A stretch of 64,000 bases of DNA, taken from the NCBI RefSeq assembly GCF_006345805.1, contig NC_042999.1, positions 102,114,001-102,178,000 of the forward strand. The letters run 5' to 3'. Source of the stretch: Octopus sinensis (Eukaryota). Position numbers and translations under genes: made by a program. The notes beneath the pieces were generated by a model. That model did no database searches. It saw only the letters and a list, made by a program, of their open reading frames with translations, and had not been told where the DNA came from. Positions within the stretch are counted from its first letter, which is position 1, and the number at the start of each line of letters is the position of its first letter. Of this stretch, positions 36,121 to 48,118 are shown piece by piece.

Positions 36121-36916
36121 GTGTTTACATATATTTATGCATAGCTAGTTAGAATCCAAATAAATAAATGGAAAACAAAATTTCGGTTGAGAAGATAGAT
36201 AACAGAAGAAGAATTAAGACAAGAGCTAGAAGACGGAAGATAATGGAATAAAAGCAAGAATAAAGAAGATAGATTAGAAAAAAAGACAGAAAGAGCAGAA
36301 GCAAGAATTCCGAAGACAAAATACTTAAGAAATGTGGAAAAAAAACAAAAACAAAAAAAAAAAAAAGGAAAAAGTAAGACTATGGGAACAGGAATAGTAA
36401 AGAGGGCAGGAGGTAGACGATGAAGAAGACCGAATAAGACTACGAGGATACAAAAGTTTGGATAATACCGAAAAAGAGGAATTTGAAGAGATGAGACAAG
36501 GAGCGAAAGCCGAAGAAGAAAAAATATATAGAAGGCAGAAAAAAGTCAAGCATGTAGAATACAGAAGAAGAAGAAAAAAAAAAGAAAGAAATAGGTAAAG
36601 GAAAAGCATTCAGAAAAAAATTCTACTTTACGCACAATGCCAGCAATTTGAGGGAAGGACGGTTTAGTCGATGCCATCGACCCCAGTACTTGATTGGTAC
36701 CTTATTTTTATCGACCCTTGAGTGGTGGCAGGCAAAAATGACTTCGGGGAAATTTGAACTCAAACGTAAATTTAAAGGGCCGGAATAAATACCTCAAAGG
36801 ATTTTAACAATTCTGTCTGTTCGTTGCCCTTTGTGAGAAGAAAATTTGAGAAAGTTCAGTGACACAGAAGCTATTAAAATACAAGCCTAACAATTTCATT
36901 GGATGTACTTAGGGAA

Positions 36917-37136
36917 ACCATGTTTTCTGGCATGTTTTCTGGCATACAAGTCGACGTAATATATAGTGTAAACATGTAGTGTAAACATTCAAACATGGTC
37001 TCTATCTTTCCAAATCCTGCTGCATTTCACATGGAATTTTTGGTCCTCCAAAGTCATCTTGGTGTATATGTCGATCCACGTTTTTTGCTGGTAAATTTTG
37101 GTCTGAAAAATTCGACTTGTATGCCGAATAATACGG
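36917..37136. mobile_element. pogo/Tc2-like MITE
   Basis: TIR-like ends ..TTTTCTGGCATACAAGTCGA / TCGACTTGTATGCCGAATAATACGG|TA. A partial second copy lies at ~12790-12912. Confidence 0.65.
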
Positions 37137-37239
37137 TAAGGCATCATTTTAATTTGATGCATTAGCGCAAGGTAACACGTTTATGAGGTAAGGCATACAC
37201 AATGAAACTGGAATCCCGCTAATTAAGCGGTTCGGGGGA

Positions 37240-37620
37240 AAAAACTCAAAACTCAGAATAACTACACATATCACCTCCAAACTATTAACCTTCTCCACAA
37301 AGCTCGGTTGAGACCCACCATGAAGTGAGTACGCCTCTCACATCTAGGATGGTTCTACTGCTGCTGCTGTTGCTACTACTGCTGATACTGCCGCTGTTAC
37401 TGCACACACACAATCACAGATATCCCAGATCATATCCTGAGAAAATCACTCTACTGATTGGTAGTATACCAGTAGAGCTTCTACTTTACGACTATACTGT
37501 CTCTTCTCCCTACTTTTCTCTCGCAACTACTCTTAGATAGGACTGGTATCGCGCTACCTCCACTCAAGCATCTTCGACTCGTCTCCCCTGCTCTTGTCAC
37601 CCATTTTTTTTACCCAACCC
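37240..37620 (+). mobile_element. CR1-like RT C-terminal fragment
   Basis: LLHKARLRPTM / EYASHI*DGSTA (4-bp insertion) matches the CR1 LYKAxxRPTMEYxSHIWDG; same family as 56860-57180. Confidence 0.65.
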
Positions 37621-37904
37621 CCAAGCCAGCGCTGGATTAACCATTAAGCAAAAAAAGCACGTGCTTCGGGCCTCAAGGGAAGGGTGCACACCGAAATAGG
37701 AAATGGTTTACGGCACAAAAGAAATCACTTTAAATTTGCTAAAATAATATTCGAAGTGGTTTATACAATCGGAGATATAATTTCGAAGTGTTCATGGCAT
37801 CATAGAGAGGATCTAATTAAAGGCTTTGCAATTAAAAAATGTAGGAGAAAATGTATACATATATATATGTATACATTTATGCATTTATGTTGATGTGTAT
37901 GTGT

Positions 37905-38220
37905 GAAGGCGCATGGCTTAGTGGTTAGGGATATTCGGCTCATGGTCGTAAGGTCGTGAGTTCAATACCCAGCGGCACGTTGTGTCCTTGAGCAAGGCAC
38001 GTTATTTTTCGTTGCTCCAGTTCACTCAGCTAGCAAAACATGAGTTAAACCTGTAATTCAAACGACCAGCCTTATCACATTCTATGTCACACAGAATCTC
38101 CATGCGAACTACGTGAAAGTTACGCGTGTCTGTGAAGTGTCTGTTAATTTCACGATCAGGCTGTTCCGTTGACCGAATCAACTGGAACCTTCGTCGTCGT
38201 AACCGACCGTGTGTCAGTTT
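37905..38220 (+). mobile_element. SINE family C
   Basis: GGCGCATGGCTTAGTGGTTAGGGATATTCGGC...GAGTTCAATACCC...CTTGAGCAAGGCAC...TTGCTCCAGTTCACTCAGC. Confidence 0.85.
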
Positions 38221-38264
38221 ATATATATCTACGTTCTTTTCTGTTTTTAATTATTTAAATTCTT

Positions 38265-38770
38265 CCACTGAATGTAGGGAACAAAAACAATGTCTCATTT
38301 AAAACGTCCACTGGCAGATTGTATTACAATGAACGAGTTGGTTGATTTCTTTTTCTGGAAACCCTAGCTTATCGAGATTGTCATTTAAGCATTTACTCCA
38401 GTATTCTTAAAGGCATGTTAGTCTAGCTGTTTTGGGTTTGTATGGGCGGTCTCGCTGCCGTCACGTTAGGTATTGTTCACTTCGCTTTTCAGCACCAAGT
38501 TAATGGTTTAGAAAGTGCTGTCTAAGAGAGACTATATGACATTCAAATGTTGTCTGCACCGATCTCGAGCCTCCACCTTCTTTATTTCATCTTAGGTAGA
38601 GCCTATCAATACCATTATTTCCGTGTGGATTTCTACTTGGTGTCAGTATCTTGCAGCTTTTAACATCTATGGAATTAATTTCTACTTGAAACCGGTCAAG
38701 AATTCCAAATTTTGGAATCAGCTCTGGTACTGCAAATGCATTGTGGGATATTTTCTTGTTGTAAGAGGTG
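38265..38770 (-). mobile_element. R4/Dong-clade non-LTR retrotransposon fragments
   Basis: Minus strand SYNKKISHNAFAVPELIPKFGILD..IDVKSCKILT..IDRLYLR*NKEGGG..FECHIVSLRQH, joined to C-terminal LNDNLDKLGFPEKEINQLV. Confidence 0.7.
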
Positions 38771-40377
38771 ACTTCTGACTGCTAAATTTTTCTATGTATG
38801 TATGTATGTGTGTATGCATTTATGCATGTATATGCGTGTGTGTAATGGAGGGTGGATGTATTAATTGGATAAGTTCTACAGAACTTAGAAATGTAAGGTA
38901 AACTTATATGAGTGTGTTTTTTTTTTGTGAAACCACATTTTAATCACCCAGTGAAAAGTAGGTAAAGTGGTTAACCGACAATTTTTTTTTCTACAATCAA
39001 TAATAAATAAAAATAAATAAAGAGATCGCTTCATCAGAGATCAGTTACTCATTTCACTAACCACAGAAAAATTTGTAGCCGATAGCTATTTATTGTATAT
39101 ACAAACTTATACAGAACTAAATTGGTCTGCCTAATTTGCATAACAGAACGGACATTGACAAAGTTAATCAAATAATAGAAGCGCTACATAGGCTTGGGTA
39201 AATACACATATAACCACAACTTACCAGGGTGTGTTTTTTGTAAACACATTTTCAGCTTCCCTCCTACTCTCCCCTGTCTCTCCCTCTCTTTCTCTCTTAT
39301 TATACATACACGCGCGCGCACATACATACACACACACACACACATCACGGTATCGACTAAACTTTTGGATGTTGTTCTACACTGCTGGTCCAGTGTGCTT
39401 CCACGCCTTGTTGTTGCCTTCGAATGATGCTATCCCACTGGCTGGACGGGACAGGACGACATTCCACCTGAAAAGAGCGTCAGTTCCTTGCAATGGTTAA
39501 CCATTTGCATGCTGAATGGTCTGGAGCAACGTGACATGAAGCATTTTGCTCACGAGCACAAGGCACCGACAGTTTGGGAATCGAAACCACGATCTTGCGA
39601 TCATGCACTTACTCAAGCACGTGTGTGCATACAAACGCACGCACACACATACACGCACACATAAGCACTCACACGCATACACTCACGCACGCACACATAC
39701 ACACATACACGCACGCACACACACGCACATACACACACTCACACACACATGCATGCGCGCACGCGCACACTGATTGATTTCAGTCATTGGATGGCGACCA
39801 TACGAAATCATCACGCAAAAGTGTTTTAGTCGTTCGTATCGACGTAGTACCATTTTCAAAATGCATAATTATTTTATCATTTTATTGATCCCCATTTATT
39901 GACTGGCTAAGTTGCATTAGCATGCGACTTACCTCGCCGGTTTACACAAACACGCTCTCGTAGGCTCACAAGGTCACCATCAACCCACACCATGACCAAT
40001 TGCATGTACAACACTATTGAACATAAAACAAATCAAAGCAAAATAAAATAACATTAATGTACAAGGTACCCATTTATCTGAAATTACCATAAAAAAATAG
40101 ACGATTAATGGTAGAAACCAGAGCCGTTTTAGCAGTATTGTAGGCCTCTAGGCAAATCATTGCATTGGGCCGTATAGTATTTACTTCTTGACAGCAGCAA
40201 CAGTATATATAAATCAGAATTGGGGCCCTAGATCTGTGATGCCACCGGGCAACTGCCCAGTGTGCACATGCCTTCGGATGTCGCAGGTAGAAACATTACT
40301 CTTGACTCAACGAAATGCTAACTTAAACATGCAAACAACACCTACACATCATAAATTAAAAGAAAAAAAATGTAATT

Positions 40378-40525
40378 GTAGGCACAGGCGTGGCTGTGTG
40401 GTAAGAAGCCTACTTCCCAACCACATGGTTCCGGATTGAGTCACACTGCGTAGCACCTTGGGAAAGTGTCCTCTACTATAGCTTCGGACCGACCAAAGCC
40501 TTGTGAGTGGATTTGGTAGACGGAA
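40378..40525 (+). mobile_element. SINE family B head
   Basis: GGCACAGGCGTGGCTGTGTGGTAAGAAGCC...GCACCTTGGGAAAGTGTC...GGATTTGGTAGACGGAA, truncated at (ATT)n. Confidence 0.85.
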
Positions 40526-40543
40526 TAATAATTATTATTATTA

Positions 40544-40585
<42 letters not shown>

Positions 40586-40599
40586 TATTATTATTATTG

Positions 40600-40928
40600 A
40601 GACCCCCTTAGGTCATGACTGACCGTGGGATTGCACCTAGAAAGTTACCCTCCAGGCACAAGTCCGAGCAACGTTGTTTATGGAGGACCAGCAGTCGCCC
40701 ATGCATACCGGCCTCCCCTCTCCACGCCACCAGTGTTATCCAAAGGAAAAGCAACAGCAGACTCAGCTTGGCACCTGTGGCGTCGCAACTCATTTCTACA
40801 GATGAGTGAACTGGTACAACGTGAAATAAAGTGTCTTGCTCAAGAACACAACACGCAGCCCGGTCCGGGATTCGAGCTCACAACCTCACGATAGTAAGCT
40901 CGACACTGTAACCGCTGAGCCATGCGCC
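40600..40928 (-). mobile_element. SINE family C, full length
   Basis: Reverse complement of the 7670-8020 family, ending ..CCGCTGAGCCATGCGCC. Confidence 0.85.
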
Positions 40929-40936
40929 TTATTATT

Positions 40937-40974
<38 letters not shown>

Positions 40975-40989
40975 TATCATCATTATTAA

Positions 40990-41056
<67 letters not shown>
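40929..41056. repeat. (ATC)n/(ATT)n trinucleotide microsatellite
   Basis: Direct inspection. Confidence 0.95.
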
Positions 41057-41059
<3 letters not shown>

Positions 41060-41305
41060 ACAGCGAGCTGGCAGAACTGTAATCACGGTTTGGACAAAGT
41101 GCTTAGCAGTATTTCTTCTAGTTTTACGTTCTGAGTTCAAATTCAGCCGACATCGACTTTACCTTTCATTCTTTCGGGGTTGATGAACTAAGTACCAGTC
41201 AAGTACTGAGGTCGATGTAATCGATTAGCTCCCTCCACGAAAAAGAAAAAAAAAAAAGAAAAAAGAAAAAAGAAAATCAGGCCTTATGCATAAAGTAGGA
41301 AGGAT
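41057..41305 (+). mobile_element. SINE family A
   Basis: CAGCGAGCTGGCAGAAC...GAGTTCAAATTCAGCCGACATCGACTTTACCTTTCATTC. Confidence 0.8.
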
Positions 41306-41537
41306 TATTATTAATAGTCAACTAGTTAACCATTTAACCAATTAACTAATGGTTTGATTGATTGACCAAACGATAAATCAAATAATTGATCAGTTAATTG
41401 GTTAACTAGTTAACTAATAATTAAAAATACTGTTTAACAGCTCAACTTTATCTCCCTCTCTATCTCACACACAAACACACACACGTACACACACTTGCAC
41501 ACACACACACACACACACACACACTATTTTGATAAAG

Positions 41538-41831
41538 GGACACAACGCGGTTCTGGATAGAGCAAAAGACGAAGAAACTCTTAGCTGGAAAACCATCGAT
41601 CATGTCTGAACTAAGTTTAAACAACAACAGCAACAACATCATCATCATCTTCATCAACAGCAACAGCAGCAGCAGCAGCAGCAGCCGTTCAATAATTTGG
41701 AACTGGAGATCTCCATTTCCAGCGACTTCGAGGGCCACCTCCCAGTGGTGTCGGGCATCAACGAAGAGCCCTCAACTACAACAAGACGACCAAAGTTTTT
41801 TTTTCCAAGGTCTGGGGTCTCCCGCCCCTAA
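41538..41831 (+). CDS. Candidate coding exon (unknown protein): GHNAVLDRAKDEETLSWKTIDHV*, then in-frame TKFK-polyQ/H-PFNNLELEISISSDFEGHLPVVSGINEEPSTTTRRPKFFFPRSGVSRP*
   Basis: GC-richer unique island with a protein-like translation in one frame and a possible acceptor AAG|G at 41535-41538. In-frame TGA at 41607-41609. No homologue recognised and no partner exons identified. Confidence 0.3.
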
Positions 41832-41874
41832 GCCCTAGACCATTACCTTATCACCCTTACCCGCCTTGTTGCTT

Positions 41875-41906
<32 letters not shown>

Positions 41907-41989
41907 GCAGCAGTAGCAGCAACAGCCACAGCATGAACAACTAGAAAGCTTCTGCGCGGTCGTTTGATCGGCTAGATAGCGTAGCCAAA

Positions 41990-42215
41990 CAACCCTACTA
42001 TCTTTTATGTTATATTTGTTTTTGTCATTCGACTGTTGTCGTGCTGGGGCTCAATCTTGACGGGTTTACTCGAACAAATCGACCCTAGTACTTAGTTTTA
42101 AAGTCTGATAATTATTCTATCTCATCATTTTGTCGAACCGCTAAGTTACGAGGGTGCATAAACAAAGCAACACTGGCTGTGAAGCGGTAGTGGGACAAAC
42201 ACAACACAAAAACAC

Positions 42216-42250
<35 letters not shown>

Positions 42251-42838
42251 TGTATGTATGTATGTATGTATGTATGCATGCATGTATGTATGCATGTATG
42301 CATGTATGTATATATGTATGCATGTATGTATGTATGTATGTATGTATGTATGTATGTACGTACGTACGTACGTATGTATGTATGTATGTATGCATGTATG
42401 CATGCATGTATGTATGTATGTATGTATGTATCTATGTACGTATGTATGTGTGTATGTATGTATGCATGTATGTATGTATGCATGTATGCATGTATGTATG
42501 TACGTACGTACGTATGTATGTATGTATGTATGTTTGTATGTATGTACGTACGTATGTATGTATGTATGCATGTATGCATGTATATATGTATGTATGCATG
42601 TATGTATGTATGTATGTATGTATGTATGTATGTATGTATGTATGAGGATGTATGTACGTGTGTGTATGTATGTACGCACGACGGGGCAGGTTTCTTTCAG
42701 TTTACCAAATCTACTCATAAGGCTTTGATCGTCCTGGGGCTATATTAGAAGACACTTGCCTAAGGTGTCAGACTATAAAACTGAAACCGAAATCATGTGG
42801 TTGGGAAGCACACTGCTTACCACACAACCGTGCCTGTA
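41990..42838 (-). mobile_element. SINE family B with a ~450-bp internal (TATG)n expansion
   Basis: Tail at ~42015-42200, head at ~42675-42838, separated by (TATG/CATG/TACG)n. Confidence 0.8.
42222..42672. repeat. (TATG)n tetranucleotide satellite
   Basis: Direct inspection; source of the six long spurious ORFs at 42112-42748. Confidence 0.95.
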
Positions 42839-43069
42839 CTTACAATGTTAAATAAAGAGGGCACATTAGAATATATAATCACAGATATTTCTGATAAACA
42901 AGATGGCCACGGTCGGAATGCGTTCGATCAAGGATATGTTCAATCAAATGGTGGTCCTGCAGCTTAACAACAAACAATAATCAGCCGCCCAACGAAGCTG
43001 TTATGCGGTCATTCGACCTGCTTGATATAGTAGCTAACTTCCTAAATATTGTCACCACAATTCTTTTCA

Positions 43070-43185
43070 TCATCATCGTCATCGTCATCATCATCATCAT
43101 CATCATCATCACCATCATCAGCACCACCACCACCAACACCACCACCACCACCACCACCACCACCACCACCAACACCAACACCACG
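43070..43185. repeat. (CAT)n/(CAC)n microsatellite
   Basis: Direct inspection. Confidence 0.9.
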
Positions 43186-45069
43186 GTACTTATTTTTAAA
43201 GTTTGGTACTTATTCTATCGGTGTCTTTTGCCGAACTGCTAAGAGTTACAGACACGTAAACACCAACACCGGTCGTCAAGCGGTTGGACACACACACACT
43301 TGGGTTTCTTTCAGTTTCCATCTATCAAAACCACCCACAAGTCCAAGACTATAGTAAAAGACACCTGCTCTAGGTGCCACGCAGTGGAACTGAACCCGGA
43401 ACTATGTGTTTGGAAAGCAAACTTCTTACCACACAGCCCTGCCTGCGTCTATCCATGCCTGCACATTACATGACTACTATCAATATTATCATCGCCATCA
43501 TCATCACCACCAACATCATCACCATCAATGTCATCGTCGTCACCACCAATAGCGAACGTCACAGCCACCACACAACGAATTGACTTTCTAATTTTCTGCC
43601 CATTAAGTTTTGACGCTTTCAGTTTCTGTTTAAATTTCATATTTTAGTTTGGAAACAACTTTTGAACATTTTTCATTATTTAGTGAACATTTTCTTTTTC
43701 TTATTTTAAATTTGTTTTTCATTTCTTTTTCACCTTGTATCACGTAATATCAAACACACTTTCCTCTTCTCTTCTTCTTTTATCTTTCTCTACCTCTCTG
43801 CCCCCCCCCCTATCTCTTACTTTCACTTTCACTCTTTCTCACTCACATTTTCACTTTACACCACTATTATTACCTCCTTCCCTTTTCACTGTTCACTCCC
43901 TCGTTGATCTGTCTCTATCTTTCATTCATACTTTCCCGCTTGCATCATTTTATATTATCTCCCTCTTCTCTTTACTCTTCACATCTTTTTCTTTCTAACG
44001 CTTTTCATTCATTTTTCACTCACTCACTCACTCACATTGTACTCTTCTTGGACTTATATTAACACCGCTTTTCTCTTTTCTCTATCTCCATTTCACGAAC
44101 ATCTCTTTCTCTCATTCTTCATTCTCACTCTTTCTCACCGCTCTCCCCTTCACTTACACTCTTCCCCTCGCTAGAATCTACACTAACTTTCTCCACATTT
44201 CCCTCCCTTTATTTTCTTATCTCTTCCGTTTCTCACTCTCCCTCAGTCCACGCTCCCACTCTCTCAGTCACATTCTTCCTCTTACATCACTCATTTCCTT
44301 TCTCTTCACTTTCTTTCCACTTCTGTCTTCCACGCTTTTCATCCTCAACACCCAATTGTCTCTTTTTCCTATCTTCACACACACACACACACACACGTAC
44401 ATGCACACACGCACGCACACGCACACATACACAAGCACGCATCGCTCAAACACACTCATTGCCTTTTAACTGGCCAATAAAGTATCCTCTGCACAGACAC
44501 TAAACCTGCTAGAAACAGCAACTAAATTTAATTTCCCATTGACTTTTTAATTTCTGACACACGCTACATACACCCTACCGCCGTCTCCTTTTCCTTCTAT
44601 TTGTCTATCTCTCATTTTCCTCACAAGCATTGTTTTGCAACAAGCCATGCCTTTACACGGCAGCCAAGAAATAGTAACGAAAACTCCTCACTCCTACAAA
44701 CACAAACAACATACAGGCACACACGCGCACGCGCATATACGCTCACTTTTCCTATTTCTCCTCTCTGTTTTACTCATACACAAATACACTCACAAATACA
44801 CATGCTCACACTCTCACTCACACATTCGCACTCAATTGCACACAACTATTGCCTCTTCAAGTTCCAATGCTTGATCTGCTAGAAATGTCAATATGATCTG
44901 CCTGAAATCGCAATTATACCGTCTTAAAATGTAGAAAAAAAAAATATTAGATAGCGTAGTGCTTGAAAATACAAAGGTGGAACGGGCAAATTTGTAGTTT
45001 TGTAGTTTTCTTTTTTTTTTTTACCTGCTGATCCTCTTTATTCTCTCTCTCTCTCTCTCTTTTTTTTTT

Positions 45070-45480
45070 TTACTCTTTTTACTTGTTTCAGTCATTTGAT
45101 TGTGACCATGCCGGTGCACCACTTTTAGTCAAGCAAATCGCCCCAGGACTTATTCTTTGTAAGCCTAGTACTTATTCTATCGGTCTCTTTTGCCGAACCG
45201 CTAAGTTACGGGGACGTAAACGCACCAGCATCGGTTGTCAACCGGTGTGTGGGGGGGGGGGGCAAATACAGACACACAAACGTATACACACACACATACA
45301 TATATAGATAAATATAGATATATACGACGGGCTTCTTTCAATTTCCGTCTACCAAATCCACTCACAAGGCATTAGTCTGCCCGAGGCTATAGTAGAAGAC
45401 ACTTGCCCAAAGTGCCACGCAGTGGGACTGAACCCGGAACCATGTGGTTCGAAGGTAAGGTACTTACCACACAACCTCTC
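45070..45480 (-). mobile_element. SINE family B, near consensus
   Basis: Complete reverse-complement copy from TTTTACTTGTTTCAGTCATTTG to CTTACCACACAACC. Confidence 0.9.
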
Positions 45481-45779
45481 CTACAACTAAAACCAAACTT
45501 TATGCATGCTCTCTTCCCCCCCCCCATGCTTCTTCCATTTAGACCTTTATTTGTTTTGAGGTCTACTGCTTTCTCTCTCTCCGTCTCACTTTGTCTTACT
45601 CTTTCTTACTGGTATCCATTTGGTCGAGTTACTAAGTTACGGGGATGTAAACAAACCAACACCGCTTGTCAAGTGATTGGTTGGGGAACAAATACAAATA
45701 TAAAGACACACACATACATACATGTGCACTGTGACCCTTCTGTCCGGCCTTCGTCATGATAGATCGCTAGCCACTACGC

Positions 45780-45895
45780 ATTCTTTATTTTCTCTCCCTG
45801 TTTCTTTCTGTGTACCTTTCTGTGGAAGAGCGTAGACTCGAAACGTTAAAGACTTTTTCACTTCCCTAGCGTTATACTAATACATCTGTTTGTTG
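45780..45895 (+). mobile_element. Second copy of the hammerhead-bearing short repeat (A6 mutated)
   Basis: CUGUGGA-A-GAGCGUAGACUC-GAAA-CGUU at 45820-45847 with CUUU/AAAG stem I. Flanks similar to 30560-30670. Confidence 0.55.
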
Positions 45896-45904
45896 TGGAC
45901 AACG

Positions 45905-46522
45905 GAGACTATGAAGTCGTAGCCTGCAGGAAAGGACACAGCAGTCGTTCTGACTGAGTTCGCACACCGGAATTCGTCCTCACATCTTTGAACAGGGTCT
46001 TAAGCTCAACTGAGACAGCTATGTGAAGCTGCTGGTGACTATGGTCAAATCCTATCTAGAGAAGGTTGCTGCTGAAAAGCTATATGAGTGGCAGCAGGAT
46101 TCAGCTCTTTACCATACCTCTGAAAATTGTCAGAAATGGTTGTTGAAGAACCTCTACGACTCACCTGTCCCTATTTCTGGTCTCCTAACTCACCCGATTT
46201 TAATCCCATGGATTTCTATGTGTGGAGTGCGGTCAAGAAAAACACCAGTCACCTTGCCTGCAACGCCAAGGTCCGGTTGGTGGCTAAGATCAAGGAGGTG
46301 TTCGAAAATCTTTCCAAGGACACACTGAAGAAACGCATGCACCAGATTCTGGAGCCGTCTTGAGGCTGTGGCGAAAGCTGAAGACAACTACTTTGAGTAA
46401 ACTGTTATTTTTCAGCCATAATCCAGTTGATATTTTCGGAATTTTAAAAAATAAGTTCATCTTTTGATAGGATATTGTGTTTCTTTTTTCCTTTTACGTA
46501 AACTGTCAAATTTAATCCGAAT
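45905..46522 (+). mobile_element. maT/DD37D-like (Tc1-mariner) transposon 3' half
   Basis: PHIFEQGLKLN..YEWQQDSALYHTSENCQKWL..FWSPNSPDFNPMDFYVWSAVKKNT, with frameshifts. Confidence 0.8.
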
Positions 46523-47426
46523 GTGTGTGCGTGCGTGTGTATGTGTAAGTGTTGTCATTTAAATGAGGAAAAGAGAAGTTAAATTGATATTACAATTGTT
46601 TATGTAAACAGACAATATTTTTTATTCCATATCTCATACAATGTTATGTAATACATGTTGTTATATATGGAAATCTATAATAATAATCCTATAGTCCATT
46701 TGTTTCTTCAGGTGTCATGATTTGAAGGCAGCATCGACAAAATGAATGTTTTAGGATTGGTTCATTTGGTCGCGTAACAATATGTAAATAGAGTGAACAC
46801 ATAGCTTTCTCTCGATCCCCCTGTAGGATTTACGGCAATAAATATTCAAAAAAGCTAGTACATACACACACACACACACATATATGTACGTACACGCACA
46901 TACGTAGTTCACACACATACATAGTGAAGGTACATGGGCATGGATGCCAGCTTGCGATCATAGGTGTCGTAGTGCGTTCTGTCCTTAAGCAAGGTACTTC
47001 ATTCAACGATGTTCCGGTCTAGTCCAACTGGCTGTTTGTGCTGCTCTCTCTACTCTCTCTTTCTTTCTTTCTTTCTTTTTCTTTCCCACTGTCACATTCT
47101 GGATGCACAACTGGATGCACAAGGGTGAGGAAGGCCAAAAGGGTGACTATGTCTGCTTGCGATCGCATGGACACCTACAACAATTTTCGAAAGTGCGGTA
47201 CAAGTTATTAAACCACATGTGTGTGTGTATTTGTGTGCCTGCATGTTGTTACTACACGCTTCTCACTGCTTCACCGATATATTAACAACCTTTATTGACA
47301 TTATGACCAGTCACTGTGCTTTCGAAGACATCCGAAATAATAATAATAATAAAATAAATAGAACTAAATAACAAGTAAACGTTGGCAACAAGAGCATCCA
47401 CTCGTCAAATGGTTACTTCAGATATT

Positions 47427-47580
47427 TATTTCTTTATTGTCCACAGGGGGCTAAACATAGAGGAGACAAACAAGGACAGACAGGGATTAAGTCGATTATA
47501 TCGACCCCAGTGCGTGACTGGTACTTCTTTAATCGACCCCGAAAGGATGAAAGGCTAAGTCGACCTCGGCGGAATTTGAA
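47427..47580 (-). mobile_element. 5'-truncated SINE family A
   Basis: Perfect 16-bp TSD GGTTACTTCAGATATT (47411-47426 / 47581-47596). Confidence 0.9.
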
Positions 47581-47663
47581 GGTTACTTCAGATATTAATA
47601 ATCTATTTACTCCATGCTGTCATTGAAAAATGGACTTTAAACAAACGACGATATGTGTGTGTG

Positions 47664-47702
<39 letters not shown>

Positions 47703-47720
47703 CGTGTGTGTACACATATA

Positions 47721-47943
47721 CAAGAGGTTACTGAAAAGCTCCTGGCTTTGGGAAAAGAAATTACAGAAGGATCAGTTAATTATGACTTTATTCAACATAT
47801 TCCCCTCAGATTCATACAATTATTGCAGCGGTCCTTCAGTCTTTTCTAAGCCCCGTAAAAGAACTCGGAAGGTTGGGTCTCCAACCAGACCTTTCGCGAC
47901 ACCCTTAAAACCAACCAGGAGCTCTTCAGACTCCTACCTCTCG
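47721..47943 (-). mobile_element. Mariner-derived MITE (223 bp)
   Basis: TA|CAAGAGGTTACTGAAAAGCTCCTGG ... CCAGGAGCTCTTCAGACTCCTACCTCTCG|TA. The minus strand retains a mariner C-terminus (..KRLKDRCNNCMNLRG..). Confidence 0.75.
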
Positions 47944-48075
47944 TATTCATGTAATCGCACATTTTACGTAACTTCCCACTTTTGAGCAATGGCGTTAAAA
48001 TCGTTGTGGGGTACCGAAACGATTGTAACTAGTAATAAAGATGAGCGAAACTCTTTTCCGGTCTTTGAGTTGTAT

Positions 48076-48118
<43 letters not shown>

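Noticed and set aside
36401-36598. Purine-rich open frame (EVDDEEDRIRLRGYKSLDNTEKEEFEEMRQ..)
   Set aside because: A/G-rich low-complexity strand where stops are depleted; no splice signals or known domain.
37303-37330. Apparent micro-exon with perfect Kozak CCACCATG and donor GTGAGT
   Set aside because: It lies within a CR1 RT relic (RPTM-EYASHIWDG) where a 4-bp insertion creates the GTGAGT by chance.
42112-42748. Six overlapping 88-190 aa ORFs on both strands
   Set aside because: Stop-free (TATG)n satellite inside a SINE.
43730-44460. Long polypyrimidine (CT-rich) tract, also 48560-48740 and 49500-50600
   Set aside because: Ordinary decayed (CT)n/(CA)n low-complexity DNA with no periodic higher-order structure.
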